This document shows positions 62,837 to 64,000 of a stretch of 64,000 bases of DNA, one piece after another. The DNA lies in assembly GCA_024137785.1 (NCBI GenBank), contig JAHRHZ010000031.1, positions 19,957,335 to 20,021,334 on the forward strand. Reading direction: 5' to 3'. The position numbers and the translations under genes are program-made. The notes under the pieces are model-generated. The model was not told the DNA's origin and ran no database searches. It saw nothing but the letters and a program-made list of their open reading frames with translations. Every line of letters starts with the position of its first letter. The stretch's first letter is position 1. The DNA is from Ginglymostoma cirratum. Its lineage: Eukaryota.

Positions 62837-64000
62837 AGAGATAAAAGGTACTGCAGATGCTGGAGAATCCGAGATAACAAGCATGGGGCTGGATGAACAC
62901 AGCAGGTCAAGCAGCATCATAGGAGCAGGAAAACTTGACGTTTCGGGCCTAGACCCTTCATCAGAAATGGGGGAGGGGAAGAGGGTTCTGAAATAAATAG
63001 GGAGAGAGGGGGAGGCGGATAGAGGATGGATAGAGGAGAGGATAGGTGGAGAGGAGGCAGACAAGTCGAAGAGGCGGGGATGGAGCCAGTAAAGGTGAGT
63101 GTAGGTAGGGGGATCGGGAGGAGATAGGTCAGTCCAGGGAGGACGGACAGGTCAAGGGGGCGGGATGATGTTAGTAGATAGGAGATGGGGGTGTGGCTTG
63201 AGGTGAGAGGAAAAACAGGTTAGGGAGGTGGAGATGAGCTGGGCTGGTTTTGGGATGTGGTTGGGGGAGGGGAGGTTTTGAAGCTTGTGAAATCCACATT
63301 GATGCCATTGGGCTGCAGGTTTCCCAGGCTGAATATGATTTGCTGTTCCTGCAGCCTTCGGGTGGCATCTCTGTGGCATTGCAGGAGGCCCAGGATGGAC
63401 ATGTCATCTGAGGAATGGGAGGGGGAGTTGAAATGGTTCGTGACTGGGAGGTGCAGTTGTTTGTTGCGAACTGAGCGCAGGTGTTCTGCAAAGCGGTCCC
63501 CAAGCCTATGCTTGGTTTCCCCGATGTCGAGGAAGCCACAACGGGTACAGCGGATGCAGTATACCACATTGGCAGATGTGCAGGTGAACATCTGCCTGAT
63601 GTGGAAAGTCGTCTTGGGGCCTGGGATTGGGGTGAGGGAGGAGGTGTGGGGGCAGGTGTAGCACTTCCTGCGGTTACAGGGAAAAGTGCCGGGTGTGGTG
63701 GGGCTGGAGGGGAGTGTGGAGCGGACAAGGGAGTCGCGGAGGGAGTGGTCCCTCCGGAAGGCAGATAAGGGTGGGGAGGGAAAGATGTCTTTGGTGGTGG
63801 GGTCTGATTGCAGATGGCGGAAGTGTCGGAGGATGATGCGTTGGATCCGGAGGTTGGTGGGGTGGTATGTGAGGATGAGGGGGATTCTTTTTTGGTTATT
63901 ATTGCGGGGACGGGGCGTGAGGGATGTGTTCCAGGAAATGCGGGAGACACAGTCGAGGGCGTTCTCGACCACTGTGGGGGGGAAGTTGCGGTCCTTGAAG
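62837..64000 (-). mobile_element. Young Penelope-like retrotransposon, 3' part (runs off the window end)
   Basis: Open ORF encoding the RT thumb/linker and GIY-YIG endonuclease, followed by a 3' terminus near-identical to 20207-20423; hammerhead-like motif at 62933-62968. Confidence 0.95.
63220..64000 (-). CDS. PLE polyprotein C-terminus (partial): Cys-rich linker plus GIY-YIG endonuclease
   Basis: FKDRNFPPTVVENAL...RIPLILTYHP...CNRRKCYTC...NVVYCIRCTRCGFLDIGET..RL..RFAEH...HFN...LQPNGIN; frame is open to the window edge. Confidence 0.88.
   Translation of the reverse strand, partial: FKDRNFPPTVVENALDCVSRISWNTSLTPRPRNNNQKRIPLILTYHPTNLRIQRIILRHFRHLQSDPTTKDIFPSPPLSAFRRDHSLRDSLVRSTLPSSPTTPGTFPCNRRKCYTCPHTSSLTPIPGPKTTFHIRQMFTCTSANVVYCIRCTRCGFLDIGETKHRLGDRFAEHLRSVRNKQLHLPVTNHFNSPSHSSDDMSILGLLQCHRDATRRLQEQQIIFSLGNLQPNGINVDFTSFKTSPPPTTSQNQPSSSPPP

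Noticed and set aside
63171-63950. 259-aa Pro/Ser/Thr-rich overlapping ORF and antisense ORFs over the PLE (also 19265-19748)
   Set aside because: Shadow frames of a C-rich, stop-poor PLE coding strand
1-64000. CRISPR array or prokaryotic defence/operon-type system
   Set aside because: No regularly spaced repeats or dense ORFs; the window is a spliced vertebrate gene with TE-rich introns

Overview
Vertebrate genomic DNA, very likely from a cartilaginous fish (HE1-type and Deu-type SINEs, abundant CR1/L2 LINEs, Penelope-like elements). The window lies inside one + strand gene of the Integrator subunit 6 family. Eleven consecutive internal coding exons (equivalent to exons 4-14 of the human gene; 1545 nt, 515 codons) splice into one uninterrupted frame. 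Indels and most diagnostic residues, compared with human sequences from memory, favour the INTS6L/DDX26B paralogue. One intron uses a GC donor. The introns are mostly decayed retroelements, including a four-element nested stack at 31-35.5 kb. A young Penelope-like (PLE) retrotransposon family has five closely related pieces plus one sister-subfamily piece. Minimal hammerhead-ribozyme-like motifs occur in the termini of several PLE families, in both orientations relative to the pre-mRNA. There are two 400-N assembly gaps. I found no convincing wholly novel system. The best leads are the intronic hammerhead/PLE network, the GC-AG intron, and candidate poison exons and regulatory elements in the first intron. 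Most ORFs in the supplied track are noise.
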